Source: an uncultured Spirochaetota bacterium (GTDB lineage Bacteria > Spirochaetota > UBA4802 > UBA5550). From it: 64,000 bases of DNA. Below the pieces are notes generated by a model. That model saw nothing but the letters and a program-made list of their open reading frames with translations. It made no database searches and had not been told where the DNA came from. This document shows, piece by piece, positions 49,233 through 58,495 of this stretch (the stretch's first letter is position 1; each line of letters starts with the position of its first letter). The translations under genes were made by a program, and so were the position numbers. The DNA lies in contig CAWHAA010000010.1 of assembly GCA_963827275.1 (NCBI GenBank), positions 160,001 through 224,000 on the forward strand, given 5' to 3'.

Positions 49233-51374
49233 GTGACCGCGGTGGCGACCCTGAAAACCCTGCCCGGATCTCCGCTCCCGCCGGGAGCGCACTTCACCAG
49301 GAACGGCGTCCAGTTCTCACTATTCAGCAGGCACTGCACGTCGGTAACGCTGCTCCTGTTTGAAACCGATGAGCCTGACGCGAACTACACCGAGGTGCCG
49401 CTTGACCCGGACATCAACCGGACGGGCGACATCTGGCATATACTGGTGGAGGGGATCGAGGAAGGCCAGCTTTACGGCTACCTCATCGACGGGCCCTATG
49501 ATCCGCCCGCGGGCCAGCGCTACAACAAGAACAAGCTCATCCTCGACCCGTGCGCCCGGGCCATCACCGGCACGCGCCGGTGGGACCTCACCATGGCGCA
49601 GGGATATGATGAGCACTCGCCCGACCTGGACCTTTCCTTTTCACGGACCAGCAGCATTCCCTTCATGCCCCGCTGCGTCGCGATCGACCGGCCGATGGTG
49701 CTGCACGGCACGCCGCTCAGCGTACCGGAGCGGGACTGCATCATTTACGAGCTGCACGTCAGGGGGTTCACCTGCCACCGGTCGTCAGGAGTCGGGCGCG
49801 GCGGCACCTTTCGCGGCCTTGTTGAAAAAATTCCCTACCTGAAAGATCTCGGCGTCAACGCCGTCGAGCTTATGCCGGTGCAGGAGTTCGACGAGGACGA
49901 GAACACGAACATAAACCCGCTCACCGGGGAGAAGCTCAAGAATTACTGGGGCTACAGCACCATCGCCTTCTTCGCGCCGAAGGGCTCCTACTCCGCGTCG
50001 GGGAGCATGGGGGAGCAGGTACGCGAATTCAGGGAGATGGTCACCGCCTTTCATGACGCGGGGATCGAGGTGATACTGGACGTCGTGTTCAACCACACGG
50101 CCGAGGGCGACGAGACCGGCCCCACCCTCTCCTTCCGCGGGATCGACAACTCGATCTATTACATCCTGAAAGAAGACCGCCGCTATTACACGAACTTCTC
50201 CGGATGCGGCAACACCTTCAACTGCAACCACCCCCTGGTGCGCGAATTCATACTCGAGGCGCTCCGCTACTGGGTCATCGACATGAACGTGGACGGGTTC
50301 CGCTTTGACCTTGCTTCCATCCTGGGGCGCGACCAGAACGGCAGCATCATGAGCAACCCGCCGCTCCTCGAGACGATCAGCGAGGACCCGATTCTCAGGA
50401 ACTGCAAGATCATCGCCGAGGCGTGGGACGCCGCCGGGGCCTACCAGGTGGGAGAATTCCCCGGCCGCTGGGCCGAATGGAACGGCAAGTACCGCGACGA
50501 CGTGCGGCGGTTCTGGTGCGGGGAGGAGAACAGCGTCGGCTATTTTGCCACCCGCGTCACCGGCAGCTCCGACCTGTACGGCGACTCGCCCAACGGCCCG
50601 CTCCAGAGCATCAACTTCGTCACCTGCCACGACGGGTTCACCCTGAACGACCTGGTGAGCTACCAGCGCAAGCGGAACATCGAAAACGGCGAGAATGACA
50701 AAGACGGGGAGGAGAACAACGCGACCTGCTGCATCGGCGCCGAGGGGCCTGACCGCTCGCCGGCGGTCACGAAGCAGCGGCTGAAGCAGATAAAGAACTT
50801 CATCGCAACGCTCTTCCTCTCCCAGGGGATCCCCATGCTCCTGGCGGGCGATGAGTTCAGGAGGACCCAGAAGGGCAATAACAACGCCTACTGCCAGGAC
50901 AACGAGATCTCCTGGGTCGACTGGAGGCTCATGGAGGAAAACCGGGACCTCCTGCGCTTCACCCGCGAGATGATACGGTTCAGGCAGCGCCACCCCGTCC
51001 TGAGAAAAGGGAGCTTTTTCGCCGGCGCCGCGCATGGCGGCATAAGCGCCCCGGACATTGCCTGGCACGGGCACCATGTGAACGAGCCGGACTGGACCCC
51101 GTCAAGCCGCTCAATAGCAATGCTCATCAACGGCGAATACGCCGGGCTGACCGGCGACGCCTCCGATAATGATCTGTACGTGATTTTCAACGCGGCAGGA
51201 TCGGACCGCGTGTTCGATATTCCCGAAGCCCCGTCGGGCAAAGGATGGAGGGTGGCGGTCGATACCGCCAAGGACTCGCCCGAAGAAATTTACTCCGATG
51301 GGAAAGGACCGCTCATAAAGAAAAACCGCTACCCGGTGGGCAGGCTGTCCACCGTGGTGCTGGTCAGTGATTAG
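49233..51374 (+). CDS. glgX: Glycogen debranching enzyme / isoamylase (GH13)
   Basis: IYELHVRGFT, NYWGY, LDVVFNHTAEG, DGFRFDLAS, IAEAWD and NFVTCHDGFTL motifs. Confidence 0.96.
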   Translation: MTAVATLKTLPGSPLPPGAHFTRNGVQFSLFSRHCTSVTLLLFETDEPDANYTEVPLDPDINRTGDIWHILVEGIEEGQLYGYLIDGPYDPPAGQRYNKNKLILDPCARAITGTRRWDLTMAQGYDEHSPDLDLSFSRTSSIPFMPRCVAIDRPMVLHGTPLSVPERDCIIYELHVRGFTCHRSSGVGRGGTFRGLVEKIPYLKDLGVNAVELMPVQEFDEDENTNINPLTGEKLKNYWGYSTIAFFAPKGSYSASGSMGEQVREFREMVTAFHDAGIEVILDVVFNHTAEGDETGPTLSFRGIDNSIYYILKEDRRYYTNFSGCGNTFNCNHPLVREFILEALRYWVIDMNVDGFRFDLASILGRDQNGSIMSNPPLLETISEDPILRNCKIIAEAWDAAGAYQVGEFPGRWAEWNGKYRDDVRRFWCGEENSVGYFATRVTGSSDLYGDSPNGPLQSINFVTCHDGFTLNDLVSYQRKRNIENGENDKDGEENNATCCIGAEGPDRSPAVTKQRLKQIKNFIATLFLSQGIPMLLAGDEFRRTQKGNNNAYCQDNEISWVDWRLMEENRDLLRFTREMIRFRQRHPVLRKGSFFAGAAHGGISAPDIAWHGHHVNEPDWTPSSRSIAMLINGEYAGLTGDASDNDLYVIFNAAGSDRVFDIPEAPSGKGWRVAVDTAKDSPEEIYSDGKGPLIKKNRYPVGRLSTVVLVSD

Positions 51375-51583
51375 ACGGCCGCCTTCGCGTTCAGGTCCTG
51401 CATCATTTTCGTGATCATGCCGTCGTCCATGCCATGGGCGCGGGCGCCCTGCTCTATCGTCTCGGTGACGGCGATGTGGCAGCCTATGCAGTGCATGCCG
51501 TAGCCGGTCAGGATAGGAGCGGCCTTGGGAAACTGGCGGAGAAGCTCACCGAAGGTCATATCTTTATTTATTTTATCTGCCAT
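51371..51583 (-). CDS. DUF1858 / hybrid-cluster-associated CxxC protein
   Basis: INKDMTFGE...GMHCIGC...ETIEQGARAHG. Confidence 0.85.
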   Translation of the reverse strand: MADKINKDMTFGELLRQFPKAAPILTGYGMHCIGCHIAVTETIEQGARAHGMDDGMITKMMQDLNAKAAV

Positions 51584-51884
51584 GTCATTATCCTCGTGTT
51601 AAATTTGATAATTTAAACGTAATAATGTTACCTTTTTACACTGTCCACCTTTTTTTTGAATAAACGTGGCATTTTATCGGCCAAAGTGAAAACATTATGT
51701 CGAAAATAATAGTATAAGCCAGAGGGTATCCCCTGGCTATAAAATATAAATCTATTTATAGCATATCTTTTTATTTACAAATTATATTAATTGTAATATA
51801 CTAATTACTGAATTCAAATGTTTTGATGTAACAATCCTTCCCTCTCTCCTCCCGAGAAGGAAGGGAAGAAGCTGAAAATAAAGC

Positions 51885-53558
51885 ATGAACATAATACTGA
51901 TCATAATCCTCCTCGTCATAGTCCTCATACTGATCTGGGCGCTCATGGGCGGCAAGGCAGAGGCCCCGGACAGGAGCGCCGCCGGGGCCACGGAGGAAAA
52001 CAAAACATTCAGACGCAGGGCCTCCGACAAGGAGATCGAAAAAGAGTTTCCCGACGAGGCTCCCCAGCCGGCGAGAAGAAAAACCGACCTCCCGCCGAAA
52101 GAAGAGGTTGATGAGGAGCCTGACAGGCCCTTCAAGCTCCCCTACCTGGCAGACGAGATCATACCCGACTGGTCCCGGTTCAGGATCTACCGGAGGACGG
52201 TCCTCAATTCCGAGGTCTATGCCGGCAAGGGCGATTATACCACCGCCATCTCGCTGTACGAGGGGGTCCGGTCGCGGATCCAGGACATCGACACCAGGTT
52301 CAAGATTGACGCGAACATAGAGTACCTGAAGCAGTATAAGAAGAAAAAGGAAGAGGACGCCAGGCGCAAGGAGGAGCAGGCGAAGCGCGGCGTCACCGAC
52401 GACGGCTCCCTGGGCGGCAGCAACGAGATCAAGATCAAGGTCGGCGGCGTCCCGTCAAACGGGATCCGGATCGACTCGCTGCCGGAAACGATCAACATTG
52501 GCCTGGTCGACACGGCGAAGATGATGGACACCGACTCCATCGTGCAGAACATTACCAGGAACATCAAGGGCGAATTGAGCGACGTCAGGGAGGAGATGAA
52601 CAGGCTGAAGGAGGCCGCCGCTGGCGGCGCCGCTCCCGGACAGGACAGGCTTGCGGAAGCGCTTACCGGCCTCAGCGAACGGATCGACCGGCTCGATTCG
52701 TCCCAGTCCGCCGGCGCCTCCGGGGACAGCGTCGCTGATATGGCCGCCAGGGAGGCTGCCAGGAAGCAGGCGGGTGAGCTTTCCGATCTGAAAAAGGAAT
52801 ACCGGAACCTCAGCAACACCATCCGTGAAATGGCAGAGGCGCGCATTCCCGAGGCCGATTCCGAGCCCGCGCTTGCGGCGGCAAAATTCGACCTGCAGAA
52901 AGCTTCGGCTGAAAACCGCGCGCTGAAAGACATGCTGGCGAAAATCCCCGGCCGCCAGGCCCCGGGGCCGTCCGCTATCAGGGAGCCCGGCCCGGCGGGA
53001 CCAGGACAGGGCGTCGGGACCGCCGAAGAGGACGAGGACATCGAGCTCCTGAGCGAATATGACAAGGACAGGTCCGCTGACGAGCTGAGCGACGATGAAA
53101 TTTTTGAAAAGATACTTCGCGACGACCGCAAGACAAGGGAGCGGGACGATTTCGAGATCATCGGCGAGAAGAAGGAGCGCCGGGGCGAGGACGTCACCAC
53201 GACGGAAGAGATGGACCAGAAACACCGCGAGGACGAGTCGTTCTACCGCCGGCTCCTCTCCACGACAAAGCGCAAGCAGAAGGAGCTGCCGATCCTCAAG
53301 GTGAGCTACGACTTCTCCAAGCTCCCTGACGAAATCGGCCTCTCGCGGGAAAAGAACATCATAGAGTACGCGTTCTACAAGTACAAGCCGATGCTCGAGA
53401 AGGCGAACGAGTACATCAAGAAACGGAAGGTCAGGGACGCGATCAACTACTACAAGGTCGTCATGTCCCAGAACATTCCCCCCGAATTCAAGGCCATGAT
53501 ACGGAAAAACCTGAACGACCTGACCGAATACCTGGAGCGGTACCTGACAGGGGAATGA
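51885..53558 (+). CDS. Conserved hypothetical membrane-anchored protein (Leptospira-like)
   Basis: N-terminal TM, TPR-like helices, low-complexity middle and a conserved-looking YKYKPML...NYY..VMSQNIPPE C-terminus. Confidence 0.75.
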   Translation: MNIILIIILLVIVLILIWALMGGKAEAPDRSAAGATEENKTFRRRASDKEIEKEFPDEAPQPARRKTDLPPKEEVDEEPDRPFKLPYLADEIIPDWSRFRIYRRTVLNSEVYAGKGDYTTAISLYEGVRSRIQDIDTRFKIDANIEYLKQYKKKKEEDARRKEEQAKRGVTDDGSLGGSNEIKIKVGGVPSNGIRIDSLPETINIGLVDTAKMMDTDSIVQNITRNIKGELSDVREEMNRLKEAAAGGAAPGQDRLAEALTGLSERIDRLDSSQSAGASGDSVADMAAREAARKQAGELSDLKKEYRNLSNTIREMAEARIPEADSEPALAAAKFDLQKASAENRALKDMLAKIPGRQAPGPSAIREPGPAGPGQGVGTAEEDEDIELLSEYDKDRSADELSDDEIFEKILRDDRKTRERDDFEIIGEKKERRGEDVTTTEEMDQKHREDESFYRRLLSTTKRKQKELPILKVSYDFSKLPDEIGLSREKNIIEYAFYKYKPMLEKANEYIKKRKVRDAINYYKVVMSQNIPPEFKAMIRKNLNDLTEYLERYLTGE

Positions 53559-53564
53559 AGGTTC

Positions 53565-54464
53565 TTACTTCCCGTCCCATCCCGCAATACGGGCCCAGAG
53601 CCACCATGACGCGTACGCGATACGATTGCAGGTGATCGGCTGGTCGGCGTGGGCGCAGTCGCCGGTACTGAAATAGTGCTCTCCCTGCCGCCGGGAAGTC
53701 ATCCAGTTTTTGTAAAAATTCACACCGCCGCTTATGCCGTTATCATTGGCATCAGGATAATACTTTCCATCCACAGCATGCGTCTCTATGGACCAGTAAT
53801 CCAGGCAGAAGCGCTTCTTTGCCCTGCAGTGGTCCGTGACGGTCCTGTGGCAATGATACGAAGTATCCCATGAAAGGCTTTCACCGTCCCCGTTCGGATG
53901 ACCGGTCATGAACACGAAGGTTACGCGCGGGTATTCGGCGATAAGCTTTTCCATGCGGGCGATATACAGCTTGTGGTCGTGGCCGGCGGGATCGCACCAG
54001 GAGCCCATGGCGACATTGATGTCAGGGTGGGATTTCAGATAATCCCGCACGTTCCCGTACCAGGAATCCTCGCCGGCGCTGAGATCATAGCCGGCCTCCT
54101 CGATGTACAGTTTCCCGGCCTGAGGGATGCCGCCCGACGTGAATGCGTATTTCTCCGCGTCCCCCTTCTTGTAGCCCAGGAGCCCGGTCATACCCGAAAT
54201 CACCCTGCTCCCGTGCGATGTATGGAAATAATATATCTTCAGCTTCTTTTTCGCCTGTTCTATCGCACTCTGCGGAATAGCCCGCAGTACCCCCTCGCCC
54301 GCCGTCCGGAAATCAGCGATTGTCGGGACTTCTGATGAGACTGCCTTTTTCCCCTGCCGGACAACCTGAGCGGCGTCGGAATTGATCGCGCCAGCCTGGA
54401 CAACAACAAGGCACAGACACGCGATGCCGGCCGCAAGTATACTGGAGATACTCTTCTTTTTCAT
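53565..54464 (-). CDS. Secreted hypothetical protein, possible SGNH-like hydrolase
   Basis: Signal peptide; HTSHGS, WC, FMTGH, CAH and WWLWARIAGW motifs. Confidence 0.65.
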   Translation of the reverse strand: MKKKSISSILAAGIACLCLVVVQAGAINSDAAQVVRQGKKAVSSEVPTIADFRTAGEGVLRAIPQSAIEQAKKKLKIYYFHTSHGSRVISGMTGLLGYKKGDAEKYAFTSGGIPQAGKLYIEEAGYDLSAGEDSWYGNVRDYLKSHPDINVAMGSWCDPAGHDHKLYIARMEKLIAEYPRVTFVFMTGHPNGDGESLSWDTSYHCHRTVTDHCRAKKRFCLDYWSIETHAVDGKYYPDANDNGISGGVNFYKNWMTSRRQGEHYFSTGDCAHADQPITCNRIAYASWWLWARIAGWDGK

Positions 54465-54508
54465 GGGGCGCCTCTTTAAATGGAATTATATATTTGAATG
54501 AATTTTCT

Positions 54509-54943
54509 TTAATCAGTTTTCAGTTTTTTTGCTTTTTTATCAGTATCGATCAACTCGATATTCAGCCCCTGTTTCGCGTATATGAAGGATATATTTTCAT
54601 TATCAAAAGCCTCCCCGGGCTGGGGCGGCGCAAGGACACGAAGGCCCAGGCGCTTCATGTTTTCAATCTCAACACTCATATTATCGCATTTGAAGCATAT
54701 ATGGTGCAGTCCTCCGCCCTTTTGCGCAAATTCATATATGGGTGATTTCTCATCGGATGGCTCTATGAGTTTAACCGTCATCGAGCCTGCTTTTTGCATG
54801 AACACTACGTTCACCTTCTGCCTGGTATTCAATACAACTTCGGTCATCTGGTTGTACCCGAACACCCGCTCCCAGTGCTCAATGCCGCCTTGAATTGATT
54901 TAACCGCTATGCCGATATGATCGATCACCATTGGTGTCCCCAT
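54509..54943 (-). CDS. VOC/glyoxalase family protein (methylmalonyl-CoA epimerase-like)
   Basis: IDHIGIAV, GGLHHICF and IELI motifs. Confidence 0.88.
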   Translation of the reverse strand: MGTPMVIDHIGIAVKSIQGGIEHWERVFGYNQMTEVVLNTRQKVNVVFMQKAGSMTVKLIEPSDEKSPIYEFAQKGGGLHHICFKCDNMSVEIENMKRLGLRVLAPPQPGEAFDNENISFIYAKQGLNIELIDTDKKAKKLKTD

Positions 54944-55191
54944 TCCTCTGTATCATATTTCAGCGCTGACGGATGAATATCAGGCACTTCGTCATCCGCC
55001 ATGACGCAGCATCCCTTGTTTGCGAGATTTTATGATTAATATATTTTTGTGTATACAACATGACGATATAACAGGCCTGTCAAGATAAAACCGGGGATGC
55101 CGGAAGATCGATGCTGACATGGCCAGATGAGGCATGGAAATCCCGGGAGCATAAATCTTCTTATGTGTTTTAAAAAAATTCATCAATTAAT

Positions 55192-55231
55192 TTGACGATT
55201 CAAAAATTATTCTATAGATTCATAAGGTTTA
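55192..55231 (+). promoter_or_regulatory. Shared promoter motif, copy 1
   Basis: TTGACG-N17-TAGATT-CATAAGGTTTA. Confidence 0.65.
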
Positions 55232-55397
55232 TCTGAATTTTTATATTATTCAGATTAAGATCTTTTTCTCATGCGATTCTCTGAATAGTTGCATGAATGT
55301 ACGGTGGATGGAGGAGGAAATCATGGTATTCACCAAAAATAAATAATGAAGTAAATAGTTATAAAAAAATATATATGGCCGCATGGAGGGTTTGATC

Positions 55398-56261
55398 ATG
55401 AAAAAAGTCTTGTTAGTATCAATATTATTCTTATCCGGTTTTTTTTCCGGATGCTTTGATCCCGATAAAAATTCAGCAAAATTGGTAACACTCGCGGGCC
55501 AGTTGGCCACAACCGCAACTGCCCCCGGCACTGATCCGTACACACCTCCCGCACCGCCTCCATTGGAAAACGGGCTTCAGATATATGACGAGTTTAATTT
55601 CTCATGGAACGAGTCATATTCCCCTGACGGCTTATGGTGCAGGTCTTCCTGGGTGGCAACAGGAAACAACCTGTTCACATTTGCCAATGCCCAGATGCTC
55701 TCATCCTACTCCGGCGCGACGGGAGGCGTGCTTCAATTATCCGTAACCGCGAACCAGCTGGAGGGAGGAGAGATACAGAGCGTCGGGGATAACGGCAGCA
55801 GCTTCGGATATGGATATTACGAAGTGCGCATGAAGCTTACGAATGTCTCCGGTTGCTGCGTTTCCTTCTTCTGGATACAATCGCCCGGATATGGTCCGGG
55901 TGAGATTGACATCGAATTCCTTACCAACGAAAATGACGAATGGGGCGGCACCAGCGGCACTGTCTGGTACAGCCTGCACCCGTACGGGGGATCCGATAAG
56001 CACTACCTGCCGTTCGATCCCTCTGCTGATTTCCACAGGTATGGATTTCTGTGGACCCCCACGCATATAACCTTTACCGTTGACGGTGCTGCGGTACGCA
56101 CCTACACCGACGGCATCCCCGATCCCGCACCAGGATACATCATGGCAAATGCCTGGACCGGGAACCCGAACTGGGGCGGCGGCCCTCCGGCGCAGAGGGC
56201 AACAAGCACGTATGACTGGATAAAGTTCTATCCGGATGTAACGGTAATTCCGCCCGAGTAG
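55398..56261 (+). CDS. GH16-family glycoside hydrolase lipoprotein
   Basis: FSGC lipobox; GYGYYEVRMK, catalytic EIDIE, FHRYGFLWTP and YDWIKF motifs. Confidence 0.9.
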   Translation: MKKVLLVSILFLSGFFSGCFDPDKNSAKLVTLAGQLATTATAPGTDPYTPPAPPPLENGLQIYDEFNFSWNESYSPDGLWCRSSWVATGNNLFTFANAQMLSSYSGATGGVLQLSVTANQLEGGEIQSVGDNGSSFGYGYYEVRMKLTNVSGCCVSFFWIQSPGYGPGEIDIEFLTNENDEWGGTSGTVWYSLHPYGGSDKHYLPFDPSADFHRYGFLWTPTHITFTVDGAAVRTYTDGIPDPAPGYIMANAWTGNPNWGGGPPAQRATSTYDWIKFYPDVTVIPPE

Positions 56262-56313
56262 ATTGGAAAGGATTAATGTTACATAATTTTTTTTTGAAAA
56301 GTTGACCTTTTTG

Positions 56314-56353
56314 TTGACGATCAAAAATTTTTATATTAACATTATAAGGTTTA
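56314..56353 (+). promoter_or_regulatory. Shared promoter motif, copy 2
   Basis: TTGACG-N17-TAACAT-TATAAGGTTTA. Confidence 0.65.
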
Positions 56354-56485
56354 AGCAAAAGTGAATGGGTGCTGTTACATCAAACAAAAAATGCCCTGTT
56401 CTTTTTTCTGATAACCAAATATATAAAGCCATTACGCGTCACTCTTCACGATGCAGTATGGCAGAAAAGGATATGGGGTCTTACA

Positions 56486-58057
56486 ATGAAAAAGCATCTG
56501 CTTGTTGTACTGTTATTTTCATTTTTCTTACCTTCCTGCGGCGCAGTTGATTTCACCTATCAATCCGCTCAAAAAACGACATCGCTCCTGTTGTCGAGCT
56601 TAACAAGAAACACGTATGATCCGAGGATTCCGGGGAATCTGCAGACTACCGCAGTCACGTCGGACCAGATAACCCTTGGCTGGAACAGCGTGCAGGCTGC
56701 TGCGGGGTACAGGGTGTACCGGTCACTGAGCGTCAATGGGACCTATTCACAGATCGGCGGCGATATTACGGGCACAACCTTTACCAATACATCGCTGACG
56801 GCGGGCACAACCTATTGGTACAAAGTATCATCGTTTTCAACGGCAGACGAAGGCCCTCAGAGCAATGCGGTAAGCGGGACCACCCTGACGGGGACCACGC
56901 CGGGGAGCGACGGGAGCTTTGTGATCGCGGTCTTTTTACAGGACCCGCTGCGCGTCTACAACGGGAAAATCAACGCCGTGAACTACAAGAATATCGGGAT
57001 CAACACATTCCTGGCCCTGTATGACTGGCCGAATGAAGCGGAGATGGGCGTGGGCTACAACCTGCAGGCCGCCCAGGCGCTGAAAAACAACGGGATGAAA
57101 GTGTACGCGGGAAACACCCAGGCCGCGGTTAACTGGAACAATGCGCACCCGGAGTTCGACGATACGTTTGTCGGCTACTTCCTCGGCGACGAGCCGGACA
57201 TGTTCAAGGAAAGCGGCGACCCGGTGCAGGCCGCGGCGTGCATGCCTGACGCCTGGAAAGCCGCGGGGGATGCGCTCCGGGCCGCCGATCCTTCCCGGGG
57301 CGTATGGGGCAATTTCGGCAAGGGCTTCGCACTCGATCCATGGGACGGCTATGCAGTCGACCCGGGGCCGACCCAGGCTGACGACTTTGCCAAGTACGTG
57401 GAACCGACCACGATCATTTCGAGCGACTATTACGGTATCACCGATCCCTGGGAAGTGCTCAATCAGCACGGCATCTGGACATACGGCCGTTCAATAGACA
57501 ACACCGAGAGATGGTCCGCAGGCCGTCCGGTCGTGGGTGTGCTCGAAGCTTCGGCGATCGATCCCGCTGGCAAGGTCCCGAACAACCTCTACGCCCATAT
57601 GCCCGCGGACCTGATCATGCCGACGGTATGGATGATGGTTGTCCACGGGGCTGACGGGCTTATCTACTTCTGTCACAACCTGCTGGATGGATTTATTGAA
57701 GACGGTTGCCTGTATGAGCCGGGGATGAAAGAAGCAATGCAGGCCGCGAATGCCTCGGTCCAGCAGTATGCCGCCGTGCTGGCGACCCCGGACCTGGCGG
57801 GGACCACCGCCACGACGAACGGAGCGGTGCCGGTCGCCACGCTTACGAAACGGCTCGACGGCACCACCTATATCTTCGCGATGGGAGACGGGAACATGGC
57901 CAACATCTACGGCCAGGCGGTCACCGCTACGATAACGGTATCCGGCGGCGGCACCCGCACAGTGGAAGTGGTCGGAGAGGACCGCGTCGTCTCCATGACT
58001 AACGGCCAGATAGTGGACTACTTTGATCCGTATCAGCTGCATATATATCGATACTGA
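56486..58057 (+). CDS. Lipoprotein with 1 FN3 domain and a clan-A-like glycoside hydrolase domain
   Basis: LPSC lipobox; FN3 (W...GYRVYRS...LTAGTTYWYKVS); GDEPD, DYY, VLEAS and GLIYF in a TIM-barrel pattern. Confidence 0.75.
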   Translation: MKKHLLVVLLFSFFLPSCGAVDFTYQSAQKTTSLLLSSLTRNTYDPRIPGNLQTTAVTSDQITLGWNSVQAAAGYRVYRSLSVNGTYSQIGGDITGTTFTNTSLTAGTTYWYKVSSFSTADEGPQSNAVSGTTLTGTTPGSDGSFVIAVFLQDPLRVYNGKINAVNYKNIGINTFLALYDWPNEAEMGVGYNLQAAQALKNNGMKVYAGNTQAAVNWNNAHPEFDDTFVGYFLGDEPDMFKESGDPVQAAACMPDAWKAAGDALRAADPSRGVWGNFGKGFALDPWDGYAVDPGPTQADDFAKYVEPTTIISSDYYGITDPWEVLNQHGIWTYGRSIDNTERWSAGRPVVGVLEASAIDPAGKVPNNLYAHMPADLIMPTVWMMVVHGADGLIYFCHNLLDGFIEDGCLYEPGMKEAMQAANASVQQYAAVLATPDLAGTTATTNGAVPVATLTKRLDGTTYIFAMGDGNMANIYGQAVTATITVSGGGTRTVEVVGEDRVVSMTNGQIVDYFDPYQLHIYRY

Positions 58058-58299
58058 TTGCTATGCCGGGCGGTCCGCCCTGCCGTAGCGGACATTTTCG
58101 AGATGCTCCGGCAGGAGTGAACTGCCGGAGCAATCGAATCAAATCGCATCCGAACTTCCGGATTACTCCGATCGTTCACTGCGGTTTGACCTTTCCTTCA
58201 TTTTTTTCCTCACCTCCCCATCATCACCACCAACTTTTCTTATCGCATAACTTGTGTTAGTTTATTTTATCAGAAAAAATTTTTTTTCATCACTTTTAG

Positions 58300-58339
58300 T
58301 TGCCGATTGAATATTTTTTTATTAGCATTATAAGGTTTA
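58300..58339 (+). promoter_or_regulatory. Shared promoter motif, copy 3
   Basis: TTGCCG-N17-TAGCAT-TATAAGGTTTA. Confidence 0.65.
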
Positions 58340-58495
58340 AGTCAAAAGGTAACAGGCGCGATCAGTTTTCTCCATGCAAGCCTCACTACTTTTTCACCGC
58401 AACCAAATATAAAAAAAGCCGCGGCAACATAGAAGGCAAAGGCATCAGCGCTTTCTTTTATGTTCAACCGGCAAAAAGGATATGGGGTATTTACA

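Noticed and set aside
49785..51077. Long antisense ORFs (also 3992..5140, 24724..25716, 32823..33854, 41698..43011)
   Set aside because: Shadow frames of well-supported genes, expected with high-GC codon bias; no motifs recognised.
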